NCBI GenBank assembly: GCA_951406725.2 | Contig: OX597829.1 | Span: 12,648,001 to 12,712,000 of the forward strand | Source: Octopus vulgaris | Taxonomy: Eukaryota | Direction: 5' to 3' | Length of the DNA: 64,000 nucleotides | In this document: positions 1 to 19,299 of the stretch, in pieces | Numbering within the stretch: the first letter of the stretch is position 1 | Layout: the number at the start of each line of letters is the position of its first letter | Program-made: the position numbers and the translations under genes | Notes under the pieces: generated by a model | Databases searched by the model: none | What the model was told of the DNA's origin: nothing | What the model saw: the letters and a program-made list of their open reading frames with translations, nothing else

Positions 1-54
1 TGTTTGGCTATTGTTTTACGCTTTTTTACTTCCCTAATGGGTGGTGCATCCTCC

Positions 55-56
<2 letters not shown>

Positions 57-102
<46 letters not shown>

Positions 103-107
103 GTTAC

Positions 108-198
<91 letters not shown>
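57..198. repeat. (ATT)n microsatellite with a short internal (AAT)n inversion
   Basis: Directly visible; polarity flips at ~107-142. Confidence 0.95.
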
Positions 199-529
199 GC
201 CTTATTTCTTAGAACGCTCGTTCTTGTTTGCTCTGGTTAGTTGTGTAAGAACAGACAACAACCTCTTGTCATAGGTCTCACAGGGTCTATTTCCATTCAT
301 TATATACTTTGATACTTAGTTGTTCATTATGGTGGAAGACATTCAACATCCAAGTACCAGTTTAAAAACCCTAGCTGTCCCAAGCAGAGCCTTTTGTTTT
401 GGCTTGCTCTGCTCACATGTTAATTGAGATTTCTCTGACATAATTCTCGAACTTGGTTGTTAGTGCTCCGAGTGCCCAGACGACTACTGGGATGACAGAC
501 ACTCTCATCATAGTCCACAACTTTGCATA
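199..529 (-). mobile_element. 3' fragment of an R4/Dong-type non-LTR retrotransposon (REL C-terminus + 3' UTR)
   Basis: Minus strand reads AKLWTMMRVSVIPVVVWALGALTTKFENY...ALLGTARVFKLVLGC*, matching the C-termini of the other REL ORFs here; ends in (AAT)n. Confidence 0.75.
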
Positions 530-549
530 TTATTATTATTATTATTATT

Positions 550-1100
550 GAATGAGAGAGAAGTGCATGCCATCAAAGTGACACTGGGGTAAAATATACA
601 AAGCCCAGTATACCCATCATGACTACCCGTCTGATAAGCATACACCAGGCACATGCATCGCGATATGTGCATCACATGGTCTCTAATCAAAATAGACAGC
701 GCATGACCATGCAGGTGGGGCCCAATTAGTATTTTCTTCAGATCGAGTAGCCCATCCCACTCAAAAGTTCCCTGAATAAGGGTTGTTTAAGGATGTTGAA
801 CGAAACACCCATGTTTCCAGAGGTGAATTATTCAAACCCCAATGAATCCCTCTCAACACATGACTATGATGCTCCCCCACTACTTCTGCTCGTGATCAGA
901 GATGCACATATCGTCAGCCACTAAGGGAGATGCTCAACTGGTTAAGGTCAAACAACTGACAAGCAAATCTGTGGTATTGAGCAGAATATTTGCTGTAGCC
1001 CATCTTTTATACCAAGACAAAACAATGTACATGATAACACTTCCAATCAGTTAAGATCAGCAGCCATGAGAGCCACTTCCTGATACTGCATCACGGCATT
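550..1100 (-). mobile_element. ~550-bp non-coding TAA-associated SINE-like element, copy 1
   Basis: Homologous to 32080-32625 and 34983-35757; same 5' start and (AAT)n 3' tail. Confidence 0.8.
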
Positions 1101-1547
<447 letters not shown>

Positions 1548-2406
1548 ATGTTTGACTTTTGCTTTATATTTGTACAAGTTGGCTCCAAATCTCACCCAGA
1601 GACCTCAAGAGACAACAGGTTGGATGTTCACGTTGTTGCCTAGTGTGCCATATATTTGGTTGTTTTTTGTGTTGTATTAGTGGATGTCTAAAAAAATATG
1701 TTTGTTTTAAACCTTGAGATTACATAGAAAGTATTTTGCGTAGGATATGAGCAGTTCCCATGAGCACTATCTTTTGAATTTCTGTCATTTTGGGGTTTCC
1801 TGGTATCTGAGTTAGGTAGCGATCAGCCCCTTTTGCTATCATTCCCAGGGCACACTTGACAACAGGTATTGTTTTAGTCTTCAGGTTCCGCATTTTGCTG
1901 AATTCTATTTCCAGATCTTTATATTTGCTCAGGTTTTGGTAGGTCTTGACAGATACGTTTATATCGATTGGGACAGTCATATCAATGAGGAGGCATGTTC
2001 TTTGTCTGATGTCTTTCAATATGATGTCTGGCCTATTTGCATCTATCTTTCTGTCAGTTTGAATGGTGAAGTTCCAGAGGAGTGAGATGTGGTCATTTTC
2101 AAGCACTGGGGGTGGTTTGTGTTCCCACCAGTTTTTTTCATGGGGCAAATCCAGGTTTTTGCAGATTACCCAGTGAATATATTGTGCAGCTCTATCGTGC
2201 CTGTTGAGATACTCTGTAGGCACTAGAAGACTGCACTTGGAGACCACATGATCAATGGTTTCATTTTGTTGCTGACACACACGACATGTTGGGCTACTGC
2301 CGATTTTTAATATGTTGGCCTGGTAGTTTCTTGTTGGTAGGTATTGATCTTGAGCTGCTATGATAAACCCCTCTGTTTCAGATTTTAAGCCAGAGGCCAT
2401 TAGCCA
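1548..2406 (-). mobile_element. 5'-truncated R4/Dong retrotransposon, family A (CCHC finger + REL endonuclease, ORF 1720-2400)
   Basis: CRVC..H..C, RHD, NRPDIIL, KYKDLEIE motifs; 3' UTR ends in (AAT)n. Confidence 0.92.
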
Positions 2407-2538
2407 TTATTATTATTATTATTATTATTATTGTTGTTGTTGTTGTTGTTGTTATTGTTGTTGTTGTCGTCGTCGTCGTCGTCGTTGTTTTTGTTGATGT
2501 TTTTGTTGTTGTTGTTGTTGTTGTTGTTATTATTATTA

Positions 2539-2596
<58 letters not shown>

Positions 2597-2625
2597 CATC
2601 ATCATTATTGCATTTGCACAGCTTC

Positions 2626-8560
<5,935 letters not shown>

Positions 8561-8616
8561 TAATATTATTATTATCATCACTGATATCACTATCATTGTT
8601 ATTATTATTATTATTA

Positions 8617-11600
8617 CTTTTTTTTTTCTTCTTTCAAATTTCTTCCATTTCTTGCCGAGTGTCTTCCCGACTCCTAGGGCAAAGAAACTCATAGTGTATA
8701 TTGGTAGGCCATTAAACCAAACTCAGTAGTTCGTTAATTTTTTTAAATTTTGTTTTTATTTTTTTAAAGTTAAATTAAAATACATGAGCAGCAAGAGTTC
8801 TCACATCGACAATGCTCTTCTCAATACGTGTGATGTACCAGTTAAGACAATCTTTTGCACTTCTTGCAGGGATGGTAAGCCAGGGATCATTCTCATATAA
8901 TTTTCGGTTCCCTTCTTGATCATTCCTAGTGCTCCTACGATCACTGGTATTGTAACCGCCTTGAGATGCCACATTTTCTCAATTTCAATGAGTAGGTCTT
9001 TATATTTTCTGAGCTTGTCAAACTCTTTCGCTGAGATATTATGATCACGGGGGATGCTCATGTCGATCAATGAGCAAACTTTATTGTTTTGGTCTTTCAC
9101 AACAATATCTGGTTTATTGGCCTTGATGGTTCGGTCTGTATGTACTGGAAAGTCCCACAGAATGGTTACATTTTCTCCTTCAGTTACAGCCTCAGGGTGG
9201 TGATTATACCACTTGTCGGCAGTTTTGATATTGTAATGCCGACTTATTAGCCAGTGGAGATATTGGCCATCTCTGTCATGTCTTAATTTATACTCCACTG
9301 GTGCTAAGACTTTACATCCAGAGATTAGGTGGTCCACTGTTTCAATCATGTCGTTGCAGAATCGGCATTTTGGGTCTGCTCCATTTTTCATCACATTGGC
9401 CTGGTAGTTCCGGGTTAATAGGCTTTGGTCTTGAGCAGCCAGGATGAAACCTTCGCTCTCTGCTTTTAGCCCTGAGCTCCGCAGCCACTGATGGGTTTGC
9501 TTCTGGTCAACATCAGCTTGTTTGCTGCGGGTCACATATTTGCCGTGCAGAGGTTTCTCCTCCCACCTATCAGCCAATTGCTCGTGCGCTTTTTTCATTG
9601 CCATCATTTTCACCTTCTTTGCAACAATAGTTGCCGTACTTCCCTCGGGTTGTTCAGTTTGGGTATCCTGCACGAGATCAATAGCAACTTTTTTGCTTTC
9701 CTTTATGATAGAATGAAGCTTCTTTCGTCTCTCGTGATTTTCCACGAGCTTTAGCATCCAGTCATTCGATATTTCGAGATATTTGGCCAGTCCAATTGTG
9801 GTTGTTTTGTAAGCTAGTTCAAATTGGATCAGGCCTCGACCTCCTTGGGCTCTGGGAAGGTAAAGGCGATCTACGTCTGCCTTTGGGTGGTGCATCCTAT
9901 TACAACTCAGCAGCTTGCGTATTTTTCTATCTATATTCTTTACTTCACTCATATTCCAGTTCAACACATTGTAGCTATAAGTAACAACTGGAACTGCTAG
10001 GGAATTTATAGCTAACACCTTGTTACGTGCATTTAGTTCAAATTTCAGGACTGCACGAACTCTCCTATAACATTCCTTCCTGATTTTCTCTTTCATGCTT
10101 GCATGCTGAATAGCAGAGCCTTCATTTATCCCTAAATATTTGTATGTTTGTTCTTGCTCAAGCTCTCTTATGACTGTGTCAACATCTAACACGACTGAAT
10201 TTGTGGTCTTCACTTTCCCTTTCTGGAAAGTGGCCTTGGCACACTTCTCAAGTCCAAACTCCATCCCGATGTCATCGCTGAATGATTTCACAGTGCGCAA
10301 TAGGCCTTCAAGTTCATTATTGTCTTTACCATAAAGTTTTAAGTCATTCATATAAAATAGATGGCTTATTTTTTTATTGGCAATTTTATACCCATACCCT
10401 GTTCTGTTTAATTCACTTGTAAGGGGTATTAGGGCTATGCAGAATATTAATGGTGAAAGTGAGTCACCTTGAAAAATTCCATAGTTGATGTTTATATTTT
10501 CTTAGGCAAGTACTCCATTAGAGTGGTATAATTGGAGATTCGTATTCCACAACGACATATTGTGCTTCAGGAAGTTTGAAATCACAGGGGAAATTTTGAA
10601 GATGTCCAGCGATCTCAAGATCCATGGATGCGGTATACTGTCGAAGGCCTTTTTATAGTCAATCCATGCGGTGCTGAGATTTCTGCGCTTGTTGTGACAG
10701 TTCTCAAGGATCATACGATTGATTAGCAGTTGATCTTTGCATCCGTAAGAGCCTCGGCGGCACCCTTTTTGTTTGATGGGGAAAATATCGTTCTTCTCCA
10801 TGAATGCATATGTTTTCTCCGCCAGGATAGATGTTAGGATTTTATACGTGGTGGATAGACAGGTTATAGGCCGATAGTTTTTTGGAAGGTTGGTTTCGTT
10901 ATTCTTTGGGAGTAGGTAAGTAATGCCACTTGCTAACCATTCAGGTGTTTTCTTTGGGTCTCTCATAATTCCATTGAGCAGCTGAACTAGCTTACCGTGT
11001 GCGCACGGGAGCGATGCGAGCCAAAAATTCGGCACCCTATCTTTACCGGGAGATTTCCAATTATGGGCCTTCGTGAGTGCCTTTCTTAGGTCTGCTATTT
11101 TGATGTCTTCCCATGCTTGTTGTTGTAAATTTTGGTAGGATCCTTCAGTTTGTATAATCCAGTCTGCATTTATGTTGTACGTCTTCTTGTCACTCCAAAT
11201 CCTTTTCCAAAAGTTTTGAACTTCTTCCATGGGAGGGGGGTCTTTAACGGTTACTTTCTCCTTCCCTATTTCTCTGTAGAATTTTTTGGCATTGGATGTG
11301 AACAGCTTATTTTGCTTGTAAAACATGTTTCTCTTCTCAAATCTTCGTATTCTTTGGGCTTTTGCTTGGACTTTTTGTTTCAGCGTTTCTTTTATTGATA
11401 TCAGTTCTTCTCTTGATGAGGATCCAAATTTTCTCTTCATCTTTCTTCCTGTTCTGGATCTTACATCATTTCCACATATTAGTTCATTTAATATTGATAT
11501 TTCCCCTCTCATAAATTCAATCTCTTTTTCAATTTTACTTCTCCAGGTTTGATTTCTTCCCTGGTTTTGTTTTCTTTGTTTTTTCGGGGGCATACAGCTG

Positions 11601-12599
11601 GTTCCAATTGCCCTAGCAGAAGCGTAAATAATTTCATTTAACTCAGTAAAATCAGGTTTTAATTCTCGTATTATTTCATTTGTTACATAGTTGCCAATTT
11701 GGATTTGTTTTTTATTTTGGTTTGTATTTGAGAGTTTATGAAGCGGTTCTCTATCATTCATACTTGTATGTCTTACAACTTCAAGCGTATTCAGGATTTT
11801 CTGCCTCATTTCTGCTATAGACTCTCTGTGTTCTCAGCAAATGCGAGATCTTCAGTTACTGTTGTTTTTTCGTTTTCCTGGCTATCTTTAACAGGTACAA
11901 TAGAATTTCTTGTATCTTCAGGCCTTTGCGTACTTTGGTCAGATGGCTGTCTTTCAATTAAGCCTCGTGGCGGGCTATACTGTTCATCTGATTCTTCATT
12001 TCCTTTGTGTCTTATATTTATGTCATTTTCCGTTGCGTGCTTGATCGCGCTTATTTCACTGTCTGTGAGTCTGTTATGTCTAAAGATATCCCTCCTCACA
12101 TTTGCTAATTTGTTCTCGTCCAAATAGGGCCTACTGTCTTGATTCCGTGTTCTCCATATACTGTAAGAGTTTGCGGTGTGTCTCTCTTGAGATGGCCTAC
12201 CTAATGCATAGTAATAAGCGTATATTACTTCTTTATACTCTTCTCGGGTCCATTTGTTCCGCTTACATTTTTCTTTATGTGGTGGTTGTGGTGGTGAACT
12301 TGGAGGGCTCGAGTTGGGGGATTTCCCGTTCAAGTGATCATCCATGTCCGTACTCGGAGAAGAGTTTGTGCCAGTTGATAACTTTTCGATCCCAGGCTGG
12401 CTCTTCCCTGGGGGACGCGCTTCCAGATTAACCATAGGACAAGCGATTTGGTATACTGATTTAGTTTTCCTTTTAGTTTCCAAAAAAATTTTGGTGCTAC
12501 GATAATGTTATCATTTTTTAGCTTTGATTGGCTCGTGGGGAGACGGCCATCATTGCCGTTAAAATCATAATCGTACCATTATAGCAGCCGTAGTCGGCT
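8617..12599 (-). mobile_element. Full-length R4/Dong retrotransposon, family B, between (TAA)n-type tracts
   Basis: 5' UTR, N-terminal KWTREEYK..Y region, RT, CCHC, REL and 3' UTR all present. Confidence 0.93.
8801..12483 (-). pseudogene. RT-REL polyprotein of Dong family B; frameshift ~11810, in-frame stop at 10502, catalytic YMDD changed to YMND
   Basis: ORFs 11815-12483, 10502-11809 and 8801-10351; NYRPITCL, WIDYKKAFD, FYMNDLKLY, CRFC..H..C, RHD, KPDIV. Confidence 0.9.
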
Positions 12600-12930
12600 T
12601 ATTATTGTTATTATCATCACCATTACCATCACTATCATCATTATCACCACCATTACCATCATCATTATCATCATCACCATCACCATCACCATCATCATCA
12701 TCAATGATATTGTTTTATGTGTAGTCACAGCAGTATCTTATTATTGATATTTTTGTTTTTTTTATCATTATCACCATCACAGTAGTGTCTGTCTGTCTCG
12801 TTGGCTGGCTTGGTGGTTGGCTGGCTGACTGTCTTTTTTTTTTTTCTTTAGGTGCTATCGGTCCTATTTAGGTCCTAGCGGTCAAAAAAAGTTCAGATGT
12901 TTACTACTATTAGGCTTAAGAAAAATTAAG

Positions 12931-13400
12931 GAAGGGCTGTTCTGTATTGTTTGTGAATAGAGAAGTTGCGTTCGACCAGAGAGAATCGTAGCATTATCAT
13001 TTTTTTTTTCCCACGTGCGTTTGTGTTATTGCAATTAAAAGTGTTTGTATATTTCCTGTAAGGTAATATTGTGGAGGTTGAAGTTGACTTTTCTAGAGAT
13101 GTTTGTATGTCCAGTTAGAAGAACAGGTGTGTTTTTACAATAAAAAGTATATGTTTACATTTATATTTGAATATTCAGGGAGGAAGCAAAGAAAGTCAGA
13201 TTTTCATAGAAAGTTTTAGGGTTTTGTAAGTCCACAAAAAGAAAAAAAAGAAAAGCGTGATGTTTTTAGAGAGAAGAAAAAAAAAAAAAAAAAAAAAAGG
13301 ATGTTTACAGAGGCAATTGTGGGTATCAAAGTTTTTAAAGCTGGTCGAATGTATGATTGAAAACTGTAGATATGTAAATTTGTAAATTTTTTTTTTTTCT
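12931..13400. repeat. ~470-bp parental unit, duplicated at ~18520-18960, whose first ~130 bp is the satellite monomer
   Basis: 13060-13390 is similar to 18643-18950. Confidence 0.85.
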
Positions 13401-13403
13401 TAA

Positions 13404-16400
13404 CTTATTTTGAAGGGCTGTTCTGTATTATTTGTGAATAGAGAAGCTGTGTTCGACCAGAGAGAATCTTAGCATCATTATTTTTTCCATGTGCGTTTGT
13501 GTTATTGCAATAAAAAATGTTTGTATATTTCGTGCTTATTTTGAAGGGCTATTCTGTATTATTTGTGAATAGAGAAGCTGTGTTCGACCAGAGAGAATCT
13601 TAGCATCATTATTTTTTCCATGTGCGTTTGTGTTATTGCAATAAAAAGTGTTTGTATATTTCGTGCTTATTTTGAAGGGCTATTCTGTATTATTTGTGAA
13701 TAGAGAAGCTGTGTTCGACCAGAGAGAATCTTAGCATCATTATTTTTTCCATGTGCGTTTGTGTTATTGCAATAAAAAGTGTTTGTATATTTCGTGCTTA
13801 TTTTGAAGGGCTATTCTGTATTATTTGTGAATAGAGAAGCTGTGTTCGACCAGAGAGAATCTTAGCATCATTATTTTTTCCATGTGCGTTTGTGTTATTG
13901 CAATAAAAAGTGTTTGTATATTTCGTGCTTATTTTGAAGGGCTATTCTGTATTATTTGTGAATAGAGAAGCTGTGTTCGACCAGAGAGAATCTTAGCATC
14001 ATTATTTTTTCCATGTGCGTTTGTGTTATTGCAATAAAAAGTGTTTGTATATTTCGTGCTTATTTTGAAGGGCTATTCTGTATTATTTGTGAATAGAGAA
14101 GCTGTGTTCGACCAGAGAGAATCTTAGCATCATTATTTTTTCCATGTGCGTTTGTGTTATTGCAATAAAAAATGTTTGTATATTTCGTGCTTATTTTGAA
14201 GGGCTATTCTGTATTATTTGTGAATAGAGAAGCTGTGTTCGACCAGAGAGAATCTTAGCATCATTATTTTTTCCATGTGCGCTTGGGTTATTGCAATAAA
14301 AAATGTTTGTATATTTCGTGCTTATTTTGAAGGGCTATTCTGTATTATTTGTGAATAGAGAAGCTGTGTTCGACCAGAGAGAATCTTAGCATCATTATTT
14401 TTTCCATGTGCGTTTGTGTTATTGCAATAAAAAATGTTTGTATATTTCGTGCTTATTTTGAAGGGCTATTCTGTATTATTTGTGAATAGAGAAGCTGTGT
14501 TCGACCAGAGAGAATCTTAGCATCATTATTTTTTCCATGTGCGTTTGTGTTATTGCAATAAAAAATGTTTGTATATTTCGTGCTTATTTTGAAGGGCTAT
14601 TCTGTATTATTTGTGAATAGAGAAGCTGTGTTCGACCAGAGAGAATCTTAGCATCATTATTTTTTCCATGTGCGTTTGTGTTATTGCAATAAAAAGTGTT
14701 TGTATATTTCGTGCTTATTTTGAAGGGCTATTCTGTATTATTTGTGAATAGAGAAGCTGTGTTCGACCAGAGAGAATCTTAGCATCATTATTTTTTCCAT
14801 GTGCGTTTGTGTTATTGCAATAAAAAATGTTTGTATATTTCGTGCTTATTTTGAAGGGCTATTCTGTATTATTTGTGAATAGAGAAGCTGTGTTCGACCA
14901 GAGAGAATCTTAGCATCATTATTTTTTCCATGTGCGTTTGTGTTATTGCAATAAAAAGTGTTTGTATATTTCGTGCTTATTTTGAAGGGCTATTCTGTAT
15001 TATTTGTGAATAGAGAAGCTGTGTTCGACCAGAGAGAATCTTAGCATCATTATTTTTTCCATGTGCGTTTGTGTTATTGCAATAAAAAGTGTTTGTATAT
15101 TTCGTGCTTATTTTGAAGGGCTATTCTGTATTATTTGTGAATAGAGAAGCTGTGTTCGACCAGAGAGAATCTTAGCATCATTATTTTTTCCATGTGCGTT
15201 TGTGTTATTGCAATAAAAAGTGTTTGTATATTTCGTGCTTATTTTGAAGGGCTATTCTGTATTATTTGTGAATAGAGAAGCTGTGTTCGACCAGAGAGAA
15301 TCTTAGCATCATTATTTTTTCCATGTGCGTTTGTGTTATTGCAATAAAAAATGTTTGTATATTTCGTGCTTATTTTGAAGGGCTATTCTGTATTATTTGT
15401 GAATAGAGAAGCTGTGTTCGACCAGAGAGAATCTTAGCATCATTATTTTTTCCATGTGCGTTTGTGTTATTGCAATAAAAAGTGTTTGTATATTTCGTGC
15501 TTATTTTGAAGGGCTATTCTGTATTATTTGTGAATAGAGAAGCTGTGTTCGACCAGAGAGAATCTTAGCATCATTATTTTTTCCATGTGCGTTTGTGTTA
15601 TTGCAATAAAAAGTGTTTGTATATTTCGTGCTTATTTTGAAGGGCTATTCTGTATTATTTGTGAATAGAGAAGCTGTGTTCGACCAGAGAGAATCTTAGC
15701 ATCATTATTTTTTCCATGTGCGTTTGTGTTATTGCAATAAAAAGTGTTTGTATATTTCGTGCTTATTTTGAAGGGCTATTCTGTATTATTTGTGAATAGA
15801 GAAGCTGTGTTCGACCAGAGAGAATCTTAGCATCATTATTTTTTCCATGTGCGTTTGTGTTATTGCAATAAAAAGTGTTTGTATATTTCGTGCTTATTTT
15901 GAAGGGCTATTCTGTATTATTTGTGAATAGAGAAGCTGTGTTCGACCAGAGAGAATCTTAGCATCATTATTTTTTCCATGTGCGTTTGTGTTATTGCAAT
16001 AAAAAGTGTTTGTATATTTCGTGCTTATTTTGAAGGGCTATTCTGTATTATTTGTGAATAGAGAAGCTGTGTTCGACCAGAGAGAATCTTAGCATCATTA
16101 TTTTTTCCATGTGCGTTTGTGTTATTGCAATAAAAAGGTTTGTATATTTCGTGCTTATTTTGAAGGGCTATTCTGTATTATTTGTGAATAGAGAAGCTGT
16201 GTTCGACCAGAGAGAATCTTAGCATCATTATTTTTTCCATGTGCGTTTGTGTTATTGCAATAAAAAGTGTTTGTATATTTCGTGCTTATTTTGAAGGGCT
16301 ATTCTGTATTATTTGTGAATAGAGAAGCTGTGTTCGACCAGAGAGAATCTTAGCATCATTATTTTTTCCATGTGCGTTTGTGTTATTGCAATAAAAAGTG

Positions 16401-18642
16401 TTTGTATATTTCGTGCTTATTTTGAAGGGCTATTCTGTATTATTTGTGAATAGAGAAGCTGTGTTCGACCAGAGAGAATCTTAGCATCATTATTTTTTCC
16501 ATGTGCGTTTGTGTTATTGCAATAAAAAATGTTTGTATATTTCGTGCTTATTTTGAAGGGCTATTCTGTATTATTTGTGAATAGAGAAGCTGTGTTCGAC
16601 CAGAGAGAATCTTAGCATCATTATTTTTTCCATGTGCGTTTGTGTTATTGCAATAAAAAGTGTTTGTATATTTCGTGCTTATTTTGAAGGGCTATTCTGT
16701 ATTATTTGTGAATAGAGAAGCTGTGTTCGACCAGAGAGAATCTTAGCATCATTATTTTTTCCATGTGCGTTTGTGTTATTGCAATAAAAAGTGTTTGTAT
16801 ATTTCGTGCTTATTTTGAAGGGCTATTCTGTATTATTTGTGAATAGAGAAGCTGTGTTCGACCAGAGAGAATCTTAGCATCATTATTTTTTCCATGTGCG
16901 TTTGTGTTATTGCAATAAAAAGTGTTTGTATATTTCGTGCTTATTTTGAAGGGCTATTCTGTATTATTTGTGAATAGAGAAGCTGTGTTCGACCAGAGAG
17001 AATCTTAGCATCATTATTTTTTCCATGTGCGTTTGTGTTATTGCAATAAAAAATGTTTGTATATTTCGTGCTTATTTTGAAGGGCTATTCTGTATTATTT
17101 GTGAATAGAGAAGCTGTGTTCGACCAGAGAGAATCTTAGCATCATTATTTTTTCCATGTGCGTTTGTGTTATTGCAATAAAAAGTGTTTGTATATTTCGT
17201 GCTTATTTTGAAGGGCTATTCTGTATTATTTGTGAATAGAGAAGCTGTGTTCGACCAGAGAGAATCTTAGCATCATTATTTTTTCCATGTGCGTTTGTGT
17301 TATTGCAATAAAAAATGTTTGTATATTTCGTGCTTATTTTGAAGGGCTATTCTGTATTATTTGTGAATAGAGAAGCTGTGTTCGACCAGAGAGAATCTTA
17401 GCATCATTATTTTTTCCATGTGCGTTTGTGTTATTGCAATAAAAAGTGTTTGTATATTTCGTGCTTATTTTGAAGGGCTATTCTGTATTATTTGTGAATA
17501 GAGAAGCTGTGTTCGACCAGAGAGAATCTTAGCATCATTATTTTTTCCATGTGCGTTTGTGTTATTGCAATAAAAAGTGTTTGTATATTTCGTGCTTATT
17601 TTGAAGGGCTATTCTGTATTATTTGTGAATAGAGAAGCTGTGTTCGACCAGAGAGAATCTTAGCATCATTATTTTTTCCATGTGCGTTTGTGTTATTGCA
17701 ATAAAAAGTGTTTGTATATTTCGTGCTTATTTTGAAGGGCTATTCTGTATTATTTGTGAATAGAGAAGCTGTGTTCGACCAGAGAGAATCTTAGCATCAT
17801 TATTTTTTCCATGTGCGTTTGTGTTATTGCAATAAAAAGTGTTTGTATATTTCGTGCTTATTTTGAAGGGCTATTCTGTATTATTTGTGAATAGAGAAGC
17901 TGTGTTCGACCAGAGAGAATCTTAGCATCATTATTTTTTCCATGTGCGTTTGTGTTATTGCAATAAAAAATGTTTGTATATTTCGTGCTTATTTTGAAGG
18001 GCTATTCTGTATTATTTGTGAATAGAGAAGCTGTGTTCGACCAGAGAGAATCTTAGCATCATTATTTTTTCCATGTGCGTTTGTGTTATTGCAATAAAAA
18101 GTGTTTGTATATTTCGTGCTTATTTTGAAGGGCTATTCTGTATTATTTGTGAATAGAGAAGCTGTGTTCGACCAGAGAGAATCTTAGCATCATTATTTTT
18201 TCCATGTGCGTTTGTGTTATTGCAATAAAAAATGTTTGTATATTTCGTGCTTATTTTGAAGGGCTATTCTGTATTATTTGTGAATAGAGAAGCTGTGTTC
18301 GACCAGAGAGAATCTTAGCATCATTATTTTTTCCATGTGCGTTTGTGTTATTGCAATAAAAATTGTTTGTATATTTCGTGCTTATTTTGAAGGGCTATTC
18401 TGTATTATTTGTGAATAGAGAAGCTGTGTTCGACCAGAGAGAATCTTAGCATCATTATTTTTTCCATGTGCGTTTGTGTTATTGCAATAAAAAATGTTTG
18501 TATATTTCGTGCTTATTTTGAAGGGCTATTCTGTATTATTTGTGAATAGAGAAGCTGTGTTCGACCAGAGAGAATCTTAGCATCATTATTTTTTCCATGT
18601 GCGTTTGTGTTATTGCAATAAAAAGTGCTTGAATATTTCGTG
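13404..18642. repeat. 131-bp tandem satellite, ~40 near-identical copies
   Basis: ttgaaggg recurs at 13410, 13541, 13672, 13803 ... 18518. Confidence 0.97.
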
Positions 18643-19134
18643 CAAGGTAATATTGTGGAGGTTGAAGTTGACCCCTCTAGAGATGTTTGTATGTCCAGTT
18701 AGAGGAACAGGTGTGTTTTGCAATAAAGAGTATACATTTACATTTATATTTGAATATTCTGGGAGGAAGCAAAGAAAAGTCAGATTTTCATAGAAAGTTT
18801 TAGGGTTTTGCAAGTCCACAAAAAGAAAAGCGTGATGTTTTTAGAGAGAAGAAAAAAAGGGTGCTTACAGAGGCAGTTGTGGGTATTAAAGTTTTTAAAG
18901 CCGATCGGATGTATGTTTGAAAGCTGCAGATATGTAAATTTGTAAATTTCTTAACCCACTTTGAAGAGAATTTCAAATACTCACGAGGTATTGTAGATGT
19001 TCCAGTCTTTGAGAGTTATTTTTCCCCGTTGCTAAACTGGCCCATATTAGTGTTTCTATGGCTTTCAGCCACCGAACTGTCAGAGCAGTGAGGAACACGT
19101 CCAGCCGCTGTCAAGGCTGGCGCTTATTATTATA

Positions 19135-19188
<54 letters not shown>

Positions 19189-19299
19189 GTTGTTGTTGTT
19201 GTTGTTGTTGTTCTTCTTCTTCTTCTTCTTCTTCTTCTTATTATTATTATTATTGTTGTTGTTATTATTATTATTATTATTATTATCATTATTATTATT

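Noticed and set aside
12481-12599. HDV-like ribozyme at the 5' end of Dong B
   Set aside because: Hairpins are present but a complete P1/P2/P3 nested pseudoknot could not be built by eye
13404-18642. CRISPR-like regular array
   Set aside because: Monomers are identical end to end with no unique spacers; no cas genes; eukaryotic context
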